A stretch of 64,000 bases of DNA, from NCBI GenBank assembly GCA_007121015.1, contig SKMN01000012.1:150-64149 (forward strand). Reading direction: 5' to 3'. A program made the position numbers and the translations under genes. Source of the stretch: Coriobacteriia bacterium (GTDB taxonomy: Bacteria > Actinomycetota > Coriobacteriia > Anaerosomatales > SLCP01). Under the pieces are notes generated by a model. It worked only from the letters and a program-made list of their open reading frames with translations. It had not been told where the DNA came from and searched no databases. Positions 25,323-34,739 of this stretch are shown piece by piece; the stretch's first letter is position 1, and each line of letters starts with the position of its first letter.

Positions 25323-26441
25323 GACGACCACAACGCCGCGGTCCCAGACGCCGCGCCCCAGGGCGCAGCGCCGCCGCGCGACCTTCCCGCCCTCGGCTTC
25401 ACCGAGCGCTTCGAAGCGCTCTTCGCCCCGCTCGCCCCAGGCGGCCTGATCCCCGGCAGGGTGAGCCGCATCGACCGCGGCCAACCCCTCGTGTTGACCG
25501 CCGATGGGCCCCTCCGTGCCGAGCTCGCCGCGCACCTGCGCGGAGTCGCCGACGCCGCGATCGCGGTCGGCGACTGGGTCGCGCTCGCTCGCCCCGAAGG
25601 CCACGACCTCGCCATCGTCGAAGCGGTCCTGCCGAGGACCTCGGTGTTCACCCGCAAGGATCCGGGCGACCACGCGGTCGAGCAGGTCGTCGTGGCCAAC
25701 GTCGACACCGTGTTCGTCGTGCAGTCCCTCGCGCCGCGCGGCCCCAACCTGGCGCGGCTCGAGCGCGAGCTCGTGCTGGCGTGGGAGAGCGGCGCCCAGC
25801 CCGTCGTGCTCCTCACGAAGCCGGACCTCGTCGACGACCCCGAGGCCCTGCGGGCCGAGGCGGCCACCGTCGCGCTCGGCGTCGACCTCCACGTCGTCTG
25901 CCCCATCACCGGTGAGGGGTTCGACATCCTCGCCGGTTATCTCGGCCCGGGTCGAACGGTGGCGTTCTTCGGCGCGTCGGGGGTGGGCAAGTCCACCATA
26001 GTGAATCGGCTCGTGGGAACGGACGTGCAGGAGACCGCCGAGGTACGAGACGCCGACGGCAAAGGCCGCCACACCACCGTCGCACGCGAGATGTTCTTCA
26101 TCCCCGGCGGGGGCATCGTCATCGACACGCCGGGCATGCGCGCTCTCGCGCTCTGGAACGCCGAGGAGGGCATCGCATCGGCGTTCCCCGACGTCGAGGA
26201 GCTGGCCGGGGGATGCCGTTTCGCCGACTGCGCCCACACGGTCGAACCCGGCTGCGCGGTGCGGGAGGCGGTCGAAGCCGGCACGCTGCCTGCGCGGCGG
26301 CTCGAGAGCTACCTCGCGCTCCGCGAGGAGCTCGAACGGTTGGCCGTCAAGCAGGATGCCCGGGCGCGGGCAGACAAGCACCGGTCCGACAAGGCGTTCG
26401 GCCGCCAGGTGAAGAACTTCTACAAGCAGCGTGAGAGGTAG
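25323..26441 (+). CDS. rsgA: Ribosome small-subunit-dependent GTPase A
   Basis: Circularly permuted GTPase motifs (LLTKPDL, then FFGASGVGKSTIVN, then DTPGMR) and a C-terminal zinc motif CRFADCAHTVEPGC. The upstream part of ORF 24762..26441 overlaps metW and is not coding; the GTG 25323 start is approximate. Confidence 0.85.
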   Translation, partial: DDHNAAVPDAAPQGAAPPRDLPALGFTERFEALFAPLAPGGLIPGRVSRIDRGQPLVLTADGPLRAELAAHLRGVADAAIAVGDWVALARPEGHDLAIVEAVLPRTSVFTRKDPGDHAVEQVVVANVDTVFVVQSLAPRGPNLARLERELVLAWESGAQPVVLLTKPDLVDDPEALRAEAATVALGVDLHVVCPITGEGFDILAGYLGPGRTVAFFGASGVGKSTIVNRLVGTDVQETAEVRDADGKGRHTTVAREMFFIPGGGIVIDTPGMRALALWNAEEGIASAFPDVEELAGGCRFADCAHTVEPGCAVREAVEAGTLPARRLESYLALREELERLAVKQDARARADKHRSDKAFGRQVKNFYKQRER

Positions 26442-26543
26442 CATTCTCGCTGGTCTGGCTTGTAAGCGCACGTGGTCAGGGCTATGCTGACCGAGGGTGT
26501 GAGAGCACGCTCGGTCACCGCCGCACCTCATGGAGGGTCATCC

Positions 26544-26672
26544 ATGCGCGTCTATCGGTTCCACAACCCGCTCCAGCACTGGCTCAGGGGGTTGCTCGCC
26601 GAGCTTCTCGCGCTCGTCTCTTTCGTCGCGTCGATGTTCGTGATCGTGTGGGTGGTCATGTGGCTGCGGTAG
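26544..26672 (+). CDS. Small hydrophobic protein (42 aa) immediately upstream of trkH
   Basis: GGAGGG lies 6 nt upstream of ATG 26544. One TM helix (LLALVSFVASMFVIVWVVMWL). The stop is 1-10 nt before the trkH start. Confidence 0.4.
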   Translation: MRVYRFHNPLQHWLRGLLAELLALVSFVASMFVIVWVVMWLR

Positions 26673-26673
26673 G

Positions 26674-28197
26674 GTGTCGCCTATGTGGATGAGGTTCCAC
26701 CCTTCCGACATACGGATCATCCTGCACTTCGTGGGCATGCTGCTCCTCGGCATAGGCATCGCGATGACGGTTCCGTTCGTGACGGGGCTCGTGACCAGGG
26801 AGTGGAGTGCGGCCCTCGACTATCTCGCCGGTATGGGCGTGGCGACAGCGGTCGGTGCGCTGCTCATGCACGCGGACCCGTCACCTCGGCAGATGACCCA
26901 CACGCACGCGCTCGCGATCACCGCGCTCGGCTGGGCGGCGGCGGCCGCGGTCGCAGCGGTGCCGCTCTCGCTGTCGGGCCACTACCCGAGCTACCTCGAT
27001 GCGGCTTTCGACGCTGTCAGCGGGCTCACCGTCTCGGGACTGACCGTCGTGGTCGACCTCGACCACATGGCGCTCACCCACAACATGTGGCGCCACCTCA
27101 CGCAACTCATCGGCGGACAGGGCATCGTCGTCGCGGCACTATCGCTCGCCGTCGGTCTGCGCGGTGGCGCGTTCTCGCTCTACCTGGCCGAGGGGCGCGA
27201 CGAGCGGATCCTTCCCAACGTGCTGCACACCACGCGCTTCATCTGGGTCGTCACCGCGGTGTACGTCACGCTCGGGACACTCGCGTTCCTCGCGATCGCC
27301 ACGTACCTCGGCATGTCGCCCGGCCGAGGTGCCCTTCACTCGTTCTGGCTCGCCGCTGCGGCGTTCGACACGGGCGGGTTCGCCCCGATGCGGATGAACC
27401 TCATGTACTATCACAACTACCTGTTCGAGGCGGTGGCGCTGCTCCTCATGATGGCCGGATCGATAAACTTCGCGTTGCACGCCCATGTGTGGAGGGGCGA
27501 TCGTGTCGAGCTGCGCAAGAATCTCGAGCCCAAGGTACTCGCGTTCGTCGTGGCGACCATGTCGGCGCTCGTGGCCGTCGGACTCACGCACAGTGCTTCG
27601 TTCGCCGAGCCGTTCGGAGTGTTCCGCAAGGGTGTGTTCCAGGTGATATCGGGTCATAGCGCCGGCCACCAGACCGTCTACGGTCATCAGCTCGCGACCG
27701 ATTTCACCGGCGTGGGCCTCATCGCCATCATGATAGGCATGGCGGTGGGCGGCTCGCTCTCCTCGACAGGGGGCGGCGTGAAGGCGCTGCGCATCGGCGT
27801 GATCACCAAGTCGATCGTCTTGCATGTCAAGCAGGCGCTCGCGCCGCGGAGCTCGGCGATGGCCGTGCGCTACCACCACCTCGGCGAGCGGATCCTCACG
27901 CCGGAGGTGACCGGCGCTGCCGCGACGGTACTCATCCTGTACCTCGGAACGTACCTTGTCGGGGGAGTCGCTGGTGCCGCATACGGCTACGGGGCTGCCG
28001 AGGCGATGTTCGAGTCGATCTCTGCGACGGCCAACTCAGGGCTCTCGATCGGTATCACATCCGCGTCGTTGCCAGCGGGACTGAAGTTCGTCTACATGTT
28101 CCAGATGTGGGCAGGCCGGCTCGAGTTCATCGCCGTGCTCGTGCTCATGACCCAGCTGGCGCTTGCGGTCGATATGAGGAGGCTGCGCAGCGCATGA
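26674..28197 (+). CDS. trkH: TrkH/KtrB-family potassium uptake membrane protein
   Basis: Polytopic membrane protein with repeated selectivity-filter-like GLTVSG, TGGFA, SSTGGGVK and ANSGLS segments. The start could be ATG 26683. Confidence 0.85.
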   Translation: MSPMWMRFHPSDIRIILHFVGMLLLGIGIAMTVPFVTGLVTREWSAALDYLAGMGVATAVGALLMHADPSPRQMTHTHALAITALGWAAAAAVAAVPLSLSGHYPSYLDAAFDAVSGLTVSGLTVVVDLDHMALTHNMWRHLTQLIGGQGIVVAALSLAVGLRGGAFSLYLAEGRDERILPNVLHTTRFIWVVTAVYVTLGTLAFLAIATYLGMSPGRGALHSFWLAAAAFDTGGFAPMRMNLMYYHNYLFEAVALLLMMAGSINFALHAHVWRGDRVELRKNLEPKVLAFVVATMSALVAVGLTHSASFAEPFGVFRKGVFQVISGHSAGHQTVYGHQLATDFTGVGLIAIMIGMAVGGSLSSTGGGVKALRIGVITKSIVLHVKQALAPRSSAMAVRYHHLGERILTPEVTGAAATVLILYLGTYLVGGVAGAAYGYGAAEAMFESISATANSGLSIGITSASLPAGLKFVYMFQMWAGRLEFIAVLVLMTQLALAVDMRRLRSA

Positions 28198-28706
28198 GAC
28201 GGATCGTGACGACCGTGCTCTTGGCATCGGCGCTCCTCGGGGCGGGTGCGTCCGCAGCCCTAGCGCAGTTCGCCACCGCGCCGATGTCGCCTGCCGAGGT
28301 CGTCGTCATCGACCGCGTGCGCGACGGTACGATGATCACGGTCCAAGGCGAGGCGATCGGCGAGCATCTGAGAGCGATGGGTGGCGGCCGGTGGGTCAAC
28401 ATCCTCGGTGATGACGTGGGTCTCGGCATCTGGGTGACCGACGAGATGGCCGAGGAGATAGAGTACTTCGGCGACTACCGGCACGACGGCGACATCGTGC
28501 GCGTGACCGGGATACTGAACGTGGCGTGCGAGCAGCACGGCGGCGAGTTCGACGTGCACGCGCGCGATTTCGAGATCGTCGAGCGCGGGGGACCTCGCGA
28601 GCACGACATCCAACCGCTCAAAGGCCTGATAGGCATCGCCGGACTCGCGGTCGCGTTCGGTCTGTGGCGCCACTACGTGCGGCGCCGCGACCGCCGCCTC
28701 GTGTAG
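28194..28706 (+). CDS. Hypothetical exported protein with a C-terminal membrane anchor
   Basis: ATGA overlap with the trkH stop. Signal peptide MRRIVTTVLLASALLGAGASAALA, and a C-terminal TM helix plus basic tail (LIGIAGLAVAFGLWRHYVRRRDRR). Confidence 0.6.
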   Translation: MRRIVTTVLLASALLGAGASAALAQFATAPMSPAEVVVIDRVRDGTMITVQGEAIGEHLRAMGGGRWVNILGDDVGLGIWVTDEMAEEIEYFGDYRHDGDIVRVTGILNVACEQHGGEFDVHARDFEIVERGGPREHDIQPLKGLIGIAGLAVAFGLWRHYVRRRDRRLV

Positions 28707-28763
28707 CTGGCGCAACCTCGAGCCGCACGATACAGCTGGTTGTCACGACAGGAGCAGATACGC

Positions 28764-29501
28764 GTGCCCAACGAACGACAGACTGGCTCCTCCGCGCTCG
28801 TCTCTCTCCGCGACGTCGTGAAGGTCTACGATACCGGCGAGGTCCCCTTCACCGCCTTGCGTCACGTCGACCTCGACGTACGCAGCGGCGAGTTCGTCGG
28901 GCTCATCGGCAAGTCAGGTTCGGGCAAGACGACGCTCATCAATATGATAACCGGCATCGACCGGCCCACGGCAGGTGAGGTCGTGGTCGGCGACACTCCG
29001 GTGCACGCGCTGAACGAGAACCAGCTCGCGATGTGGCGCGGGCGGACCATCGGCGTGGTGTTCCAGTTCTTCCAGCTCCTGCCCACACTGACCGTTATCG
29101 AGAACGTCATGCTGCCCATGGATTTCTGTGCGATGTACTCACCGGCCGAGCGCCCCGAGCGCGCGATGCACCTGCTCGAACAAGTCGAGCTCGCAGACCA
29201 GGCCCACAAGCTCCCCTCGGCCCTCTCGGGTGGCCAGCAGCAGCGCGCAGCCATCGCCCGCGCGCTCGCCAACGACCCGCCGATCCTTGCCGCAGACGAG
29301 CCTACCGGAAACCTCGACTCCAAGACCGCCGATGCGGTCTTCCACCTGTTCGAGGAGCTCGTCGAGGCGCACAAGACGATCATCATGGTCACACACGACA
29401 CCGATCTTGCGACCCGCGTGCGCCGCTCGCTCGTTGTGAGTGACGGTGAGATCACCGACGAAACCATCCACCGGCCGCGGGCCGAGCGCACCGGGCTATG
29501 A
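28764..29501 (+). CDS. ABC transporter ATP-binding protein (MacB/LolD-type)
   Basis: Walker [10 protein letters not shown], signature LSGGQQQR and Walker [16 protein letters not shown] 28764 follows AGGAG. Confidence 0.92.
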   Translation: MPNERQTGSSALVSLRDVVKVYDTGEVPFTALRHVDLDVRSGEFVGLIGKSGSGKTTLINMITGIDRPTAGEVVVGDTPVHALNENQLAMWRGRTIGVVFQFFQLLPTLTVIENVMLPMDFCAMYSPAERPERAMHLLEQVELADQAHKLPSALSGGQQQRAAIARALANDPPILAADEPTGNLDSKTADAVFHLFEELVEAHKTIIMVTHDTDLATRVRRSLVVSDGEITDETIHRPRAERTGL

Positions 29502-31906
29502 GCGCACTCGCCCCCAGGTGGCGCAAAGTCGTCCGTGACCTCTCCAGCCATCGGTTCCGGACGCTGCTCGTGGTGCTCTCTATCGCGGTGGGCGTCTTCG
29601 CGATCACCGTTGTCATGGGTGGCCGAGGGATCCTGCTCCGCGAGTTCGAGGCGGTCTACGCCGCCTCGGCGCCCGCCACCGTCTCCTTCACGGTCGACGC
29701 TGCGGACGCACACGTCGTGCGTGCGGTCGAGCGGTTCGAAGGCGTGCGCTTCGCCGAGGGGCGTCGCACGCTCGCGGTACGCTACACGGAGGGCGAGCAG
29801 CCCGAGACCGCTTCCTCGGCCGGGTGGGACACGCTCCAGGTCCGGGCGATGCCGGAGTTCGAGCGCAGCCGTATGGACCTGGTCACCCTCGAGAGCACCG
29901 GCTCCTTCCCTCCGGCCCCCGGCGAGCTATTCCTGGAGCGCTCGGTCAACATGGTCGCCGACTACGCCGTGGGGGATGTCGTCAGCGTCGAGACGCCCGC
30001 CGGCGCACGCGTGCTCCTGCGGGTCACCGGCATCGTGCACGACATAAACGCGTTCCCGGCGACGTTCGTGGCCACGGCGACCGGGTATGTGTCGATGGAC
30101 ACGTTGCGCCTGCTCGACCAGCCGGCGCACTTCAACGAGATACACCTCATCGCCGAGGGCGCACCGACGCGCGCCGAGGCGAGCAGGCTGGCGACCGCCA
30201 TCCGTGACGACGTGCTCATGGCGCGCGGTGTCCGCGTGTTGCAGACGAGCGTCCCGGAGCCGGGCAGCCACTTCCTCGGCGACATCTTCAGAGCGGTCTC
30301 ACTCCTCTTGCTCGCGCTCGGCGTGCTGAGTCTTGCGCTCTCCGGCTTCCTCGTCGTCACGACCGTGCAGGCGATCATGGCCCAGCAGGTGAGCCAAGTC
30401 GGGATCATGAAGGCTATCGGCGGTCGTGCCGACCAGGTCATGAGGATGTATCTCGTGATGGTCGCGGTCTACGGTGTTCTCGCGGTGGCGGTAGGGCTGC
30501 CGATCGGTGCCGTGGCGGGCCACTGGTTCACCGGGTACGCCGCCGACCTGCTCAACTTCCGCATCACCTCGTACGCACCACCTCCGTACGTCGTGGCGCT
30601 CGGAGTGGCCGTCGGCCTCGCGGTCCCGCTCCTCGCGGCGTTCGTGCCGGTACGGCTCGGTACGCGGATCAGTGTTGTTCGGGCCCTCAACGCGACCGGG
30701 ATGTCGGGAGCGTCGTTCGGACACGGTCTCATCGACCGGGCGCTCGGGTTGGTGCGCGGACTCCCCCGGCCGGTCGCGCTCTCGCTGCGCAACACCTTCC
30801 TGCGCAAGGGTCGGCTCGCACTCACGCTCGTGACGCTCACGCTCGCCTCGGCGGTGATCATGTCGGTGATGAGCGTGCAAAGCTCGATACTTGCGACCGT
30901 CGACGAGGTCGACATGTGGGACTTCGATGCGCAGATGTGGTTCGCCGTGCCGCAGGGCCGAGAGGCGGTCGAGCGGATCGCGTCACGGGTCGAGGGCGTG
31001 GTCGCGGTCTCGGGCATGCCCGAGTACAGGAGCGTCTTCACGCGTGCCGACGGCACCGAGTCCCAGCCGATCGACGTCATCGGCGTCCACCCGGAGTCCG
31101 ACTTCGTGGCACCGCGCATCTCGGAGGGTCGCTGGCTTGCACCCGGAGATCGTGCGGCGATCGTCCTCAACGCCGACGTCGCTAAAGACGAACCCGAGCT
31201 CACCGTGGGCTCCTCGGCCACGTTCAACGTGCTCGGCGAGGGCCGTGAGTTCGAAGTCGTGGGAGTGGTGACGGCAGGGCTCATGGGGCCGGTCGGCTTC
31301 GCGCCCGTGCAGCATGTCGACAGCATCACCGGCGGCACCGGGGCGATCACGCGACTCCAACTGCGTGCCACCTCGAGCGACCCGTGGGAGCAGGCGCGCA
31401 TCGCCCGTGTCGTCGAGCGCAGGCTCGAAGAGCGCGGTGTGCCGGTGGCATTCGCCCAGACCGCTGCCGACCAGCGAGAGCAGGTCGCGAATCAGCTCGG
31501 GATCCTCGTGACGTTCCTCGCGATCATGGGGGCGATCCTTGCGGCGGTCGGGGTCATCGGGCTCACCGGCACGATGACGATCAACGTGCTGGAGAGCACG
31601 CGCGAGATCGGGGTGATGCGCGCTATCGGGGCATCGCACGGGTCGATCTACCAGATCTTCGTGACCGAGGGGGTCGTCATCGCGCTCATCGCGTGGTTCT
31701 TCGGGGTGCTCGCATCGTACCCGATGAGCGTCGCTCTTCTCGACATGCTGGAGGGCGCGATGGGGCTGCCGCTCGTGTTCGACTACGCGTGGAGCGGGAT
31801 GGGAATCTGGCTTGCGGCGGTCACGGCGATCGCCGTCTTAGCGAGCCTGTTGCCGGCGTTCCGTGCCTCGCAGGTGAGCGTGCGCGACGCGATCGCCTAC
31901 GAGTAG
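29498..31906 (+). CDS. ABC transporter permease with two FtsX/MacB-type domains
   Basis: 802 aa. It contains two large extracytoplasmic loops, each followed by an FtsX-like 3-TM bundle (GIMKAIGG and GVMRAIGAS motifs). ATGA overlap with the ATPase gene. Confidence 0.88.
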   Translation: MSALAPRWRKVVRDLSSHRFRTLLVVLSIAVGVFAITVVMGGRGILLREFEAVYAASAPATVSFTVDAADAHVVRAVERFEGVRFAEGRRTLAVRYTEGEQPETASSAGWDTLQVRAMPEFERSRMDLVTLESTGSFPPAPGELFLERSVNMVADYAVGDVVSVETPAGARVLLRVTGIVHDINAFPATFVATATGYVSMDTLRLLDQPAHFNEIHLIAEGAPTRAEASRLATAIRDDVLMARGVRVLQTSVPEPGSHFLGDIFRAVSLLLLALGVLSLALSGFLVVTTVQAIMAQQVSQVGIMKAIGGRADQVMRMYLVMVAVYGVLAVAVGLPIGAVAGHWFTGYAADLLNFRITSYAPPPYVVALGVAVGLAVPLLAAFVPVRLGTRISVVRALNATGMSGASFGHGLIDRALGLVRGLPRPVALSLRNTFLRKGRLALTLVTLTLASAVIMSVMSVQSSILATVDEVDMWDFDAQMWFAVPQGREAVERIASRVEGVVAVSGMPEYRSVFTRADGTESQPIDVIGVHPESDFVAPRISEGRWLAPGDRAAIVLNADVAKDEPELTVGSSATFNVLGEGREFEVVGVVTAGLMGPVGFAPVQHVDSITGGTGAITRLQLRATSSDPWEQARIARVVERRLEERGVPVAFAQTAADQREQVANQLGILVTFLAIMGAILAAVGVIGLTGTMTINVLESTREIGVMRAIGASHGSIYQIFVTEGVVIALIAWFFGVLASYPMSVALLDMLEGAMGLPLVFDYAWSGMGIWLAAVTAIAVLASLLPAFRASQVSVRDAIAYE

Positions 31907-31972
31907 CAGGGCGGCCGCGCCGCGCACGGCGCGATTCTCGCTCCTCGGCCGGGAACGCGAGGGATGGTCGAT

Positions 31973-32770
31973 CTACGCGTCCATCTCGACGGCCGAGACG
32001 AGGAACCCTTCGCCGCTCCCATCCCGCTCGAGAGCGATGTTGAGCTGGAACTGCGAGTCGGTGAACTCGACCGTGTCGCTCATTCGGATGAACACCCAGT
32101 AGCTGCCCTCATGCTCGGCGACGTTCGTTATCTGAGCGAACACCACACCGCCTTCGCGGAGGTAGTCTGTAGGTTGCTCGGCGATGTGCTCGGCAAGTGC
32201 GGGGGTTGCGAGCGCTTGGAGCACGTCCTCGTCCCCGCCGTACATCGCACGCACGAAGGCTATAGCGTGCTCCTGCGCGAGCGTGTTGTCGGCCGCATCG
32301 AGCACCGGCTCGGTCTCGACGAGCGTGACCTGTTCACCGTCGACCTCTGCGAGGCGCACCTCCAACTCGGCGACCTGCGCGGAGAGTTCGGCCGTGTCTG
32401 CCTCGAGTGCGGCGATCTCGCGTGTCACCGGCAGCAACGGCACCTGTTTGGCGAGCGCAGGCACGGTGAGCAGCGTGGCCGAGGCGACCGTCAGCGCCGC
32501 GAGCGTGGCAGCCACCGCGATCCAGCCGCGTGAGACGCGTATAGGGGTGCGGTCAGGCGGGGGCGCACTTGCGAGTGGCACCATGCTCGCGGCGGGCTGC
32601 AGGGCTTCTCCGGCATCGAGCAGCATCGTCACGAGCGTGCGCGTGTCCTCGTATGCGGCCTGACACCGTTCGCACCCGGTCAGGTGCTCGGCGACCGCAC
32701 GTGTCTGGTCGGTCGCGAGTTCACCCCGGATGTAGGGCTCGAGGACCTCATCGATATCGCGGCAGTTCAT
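31973..32770 (-). CDS. Anti-sigma factor (zf-HC2) with TM helix and extracytoplasmic domain
   Basis: N-terminal H-x3-C-x2-C motif (HLTGCERCQ), a TM helix (IAVAATLAALTVASATLLTV), and an ATGA overlap with the upstream ECF sigma gene. Confidence 0.8.
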   Translation of the reverse strand: MNCRDIDEVLEPYIRGELATDQTRAVAEHLTGCERCQAAYEDTRTLVTMLLDAGEALQPAASMVPLASAPPPDRTPIRVSRGWIAVAATLAALTVASATLLTVPALAKQVPLLPVTREIAALEADTAELSAQVAELEVRLAEVDGEQVTLVETEPVLDAADNTLAQEHAIAFVRAMYGGDEDVLQALATPALAEHIAEQPTDYLREGGVVFAQITNVAEHEGSYWVFIRMSDTVEFTDSQFQLNIALERDGSGEGFLVSAVEMDA

Positions 32771-33297
32771 CGGGAGCTCACCTCCATGTCGGCGGTGGCA
32801 AGCAGCTCCTTGAGCCGGGCCATCGCACGGTTGATGCGGGACTTCACGGTGCCGGCCGGTATCCTCAAGACCTCCGCGATCTCATCGACCTTGAGGTCGG
32901 CGAAGTAGCGGAGCGCCACCACGGCCCGGTGGTCACTGTCGAGTCGTCTCACGGCCTCGATGAGTACGAGACTTGTCTCGGGGCCGATCACCTCGTGCGC
33001 CTCTCGCTCAGGTACCTCGTCCACCACCACGAGGCGTTTCGTCTTCCGTCTCGCAGAGTGACACTTGTTCACGACGATCCGCGCCATCCACTGCGCGAAA
33101 CTGGATGGGTCGCGCAGTGCCCCGATCTTCGTCCATGCTTCCAAGAACGCATCCTGGCAAGCATCCGAAGCGTCCCAGCTCGAGCCGAGGATGGCGTACG
33201 CCGTGGCATACATCCGTCGCTCGTTGCGGCGCACGAGCGCCGCGAACGCACGCTCGTTGCCCTTCTGGGCCGATTGCACGAGCATCATGTCGTCCAC
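32767..33297 (-). CDS. ECF-type RNA polymerase sigma factor
   Basis: Region 2 (FAALVRRNERRMYATAYAIL...DACQDAFL) and region 4 (EIAEVLRIPAGTVKSRINRA). GTG 33297 lies 7 nt after GGGAGG; the ORF-track start at 33348 is probably too early. Confidence 0.88.
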   Translation of the reverse strand: MDDMMLVQSAQKGNERAFAALVRRNERRMYATAYAILGSSWDASDACQDAFLEAWTKIGALRDPSSFAQWMARIVVNKCHSARRKTKRLVVVDEVPEREAHEVIGPETSLVLIEAVRRLDSDHRAVVALRYFADLKVDEIAEVLRIPAGTVKSRINRAMARLKELLATADMEVSSR

Positions 33298-33435
33298 ACG
33301 CACACCTCCCTGATCGGTCCGTTCGATACGTAAGACGCAACCGGGCAAGCATATCGTTCCCGGGTGTCGTGGTTTCGCCGCGGTGCGGCTCTGGGAACGA
33401 ACCGTGCAGGGTGTCCCTCAGACCAGGAGGTCGAG

Positions 33436-34059
33436 ATGGTGTACGACGCGTACACGTCGAACCGGGGAGCGTCCGCAGTCCTGATCGCGGCGGTCATCGT
33501 CCTCGGCATGCTGATGTTCGCGGGCTGTGCGCCCGATGCCGCCGAGCAGCCCGTCGCGCCGCCGTCTGCCGTCGACGAGGCACCGGCTCCCCCGGAGCAG
33601 CCCGCCGAGGAGTCCGAACCGTCTGCGTTCCCGTGGCTCGACGTGGAACTGGAAGACGTCCAGACCGGTGAACGGTTCCGCATCGCAGACTTCCGAGGGC
33701 GGCCTGTGCTCATCAAGTCGTTCGCTGTGTGGTGAAGCGTGTGTCGCCGCCAGTTGGCGGAGACGACCAAGCTTGTGCGCCAGGCCGATGACGCGGTGGT
33801 GATCGCCATCGACGTCGACCCTAACGAGGACGCCCAGATGGTCCGCGATCACATCGCGCGCAACGATTACGAAGGCATGTTCGTGGTCGCGCCGATCGAG
33901 ATGACCGAGATGCTGCGCGAACAGTACGGAAGCTACATCATCACACCGCCACTCTCGCCAAAGGTCGTCGTGAACGCGGACCAGACGAGCGCCGAGACGA
34001 TGGGGCGAGGCGTCAAGTCCGCCGAGGACCTCCGCGTGGCCCTCGAGGAAGCAAGGTAG
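33436..34059 (+). CDS. TlpA/ResA-like thiol-disulfide oxidoreductase lipoprotein with in-frame TGA (33733-33735) at the first CxxC position; candidate selenoprotein (U-S-V-C)
   Basis: ORFs 33364..33735 and 33739..34059 share one frame and are separated only by TGA. Read-through gives DFRGRPVLIKSFAVW-U-SVC-RRQLAE...VVIAIDVDPNED, which matches the thioredoxin-fold W-C-x-x-C context. AGGAGG lies upstream of ATG 33436, and there is a lipobox MFAGC. The alternative is a pseudogene or split gene. Confidence 0.6.
33743..33764 (+). promoter_or_regulatory. Candidate bacterial SECIS hairpin
   Basis: GUC-G-CCGCC-AGUU-GGCGG-A-GAC. The 5-bp GC upper stem starts exactly 11 nt after the UGA. The tetraloop contains GU, and a 3-bp lower stem lies below a G/A mismatch. 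Confidence 0.5.
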
Positions 34060-34070
34060 GTGCGCTCCAC

Positions 34071-34739
34071 GTGACGTTCCTCGCCGACCTCGCGTTCACT
34101 TTCTGGCTCGGCGTGCTCACGCCCACGACCGCGCTGTGCGTGATCCCGCTGTACCCGGCGTTCCTCTCGCGCCTCGCGCGCACCGTGGGCGAGCACCACG
34201 ACTCTCGCCGCTACCTCGCGCTGTTCGGGGTGCTCGTGAGCGCGGGGGTGATCGCGTTCATGGGGCTCGTGGGCGTGGTCTTCACGTTCTGGCTTCAGGA
34301 GTCGCTCACACGGGTGATCGGTATCGTCTCTCCGATCGCGTTCGCTATCATCATCGTCGCAGGCGCGCTGCTCATCGTGGGCTGGAAGCCCAAGCGGAAG
34401 GTGCGCCCGAACCGTATCGCCAACCCTTACGTCGCCGCAGTGGCGTACGGTTTCTTCTTCGGCGCCATCGTGATCCCGTGCAACCCGGCGCTTATCGCGG
34501 CCTTCTTCGCCCGCGTCGTCGCGGTCGCCGACGCGGCCGCCAACCTTGCGCTGTTCACAGCGTTCACCCTCGGCATCTGCACGCCGCTCCTCGCGTTCTC
34601 GCTTGCGAGCCGTGCAGCGAGCCGCTGGATGGTCAACGCGCTCGTACGCCACGAGCGATCCATCGGCATCTTCGCGGGGGTCGTGATGATCGGGGTCGCC
34701 GTGTACTACCTCGTCTGGGTGTTCGAGGTATTCGGATAG
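34071..34739 (+). CDS. ccdA: Cytochrome c biogenesis / thiol-disulfide electron transporter CcdA (DsbD family)
   Basis: Six TM helices with the two conserved membrane Cys motifs (TALCVIPLYP and VIPCNPAL). Confidence 0.85.
   Translation: MTFLADLAFTFWLGVLTPTTALCVIPLYPAFLSRLARTVGEHHDSRRYLALFGVLVSAGVIAFMGLVGVVFTFWLQESLTRVIGIVSPIAFAIIIVAGALLIVGWKPKRKVRPNRIANPYVAAVAYGFFFGAIVIPCNPALIAAFFARVVAVADAAANLALFTAFTLGICTPLLAFSLASRAASRWMVNALVRHERSIGIFAGVVMIGVAVYYLVWVFEVFG

Noticed and set aside
26442-26673. A c-di-AMP (ydaO/kimA-type) riboswitch upstream of trkH.
   Set aside because: I recognised no pseudo-two-fold symmetric ydaO-like core (ACGGGGA/CCCGA-type elements). Only a short palindrome and a small ORF are present.
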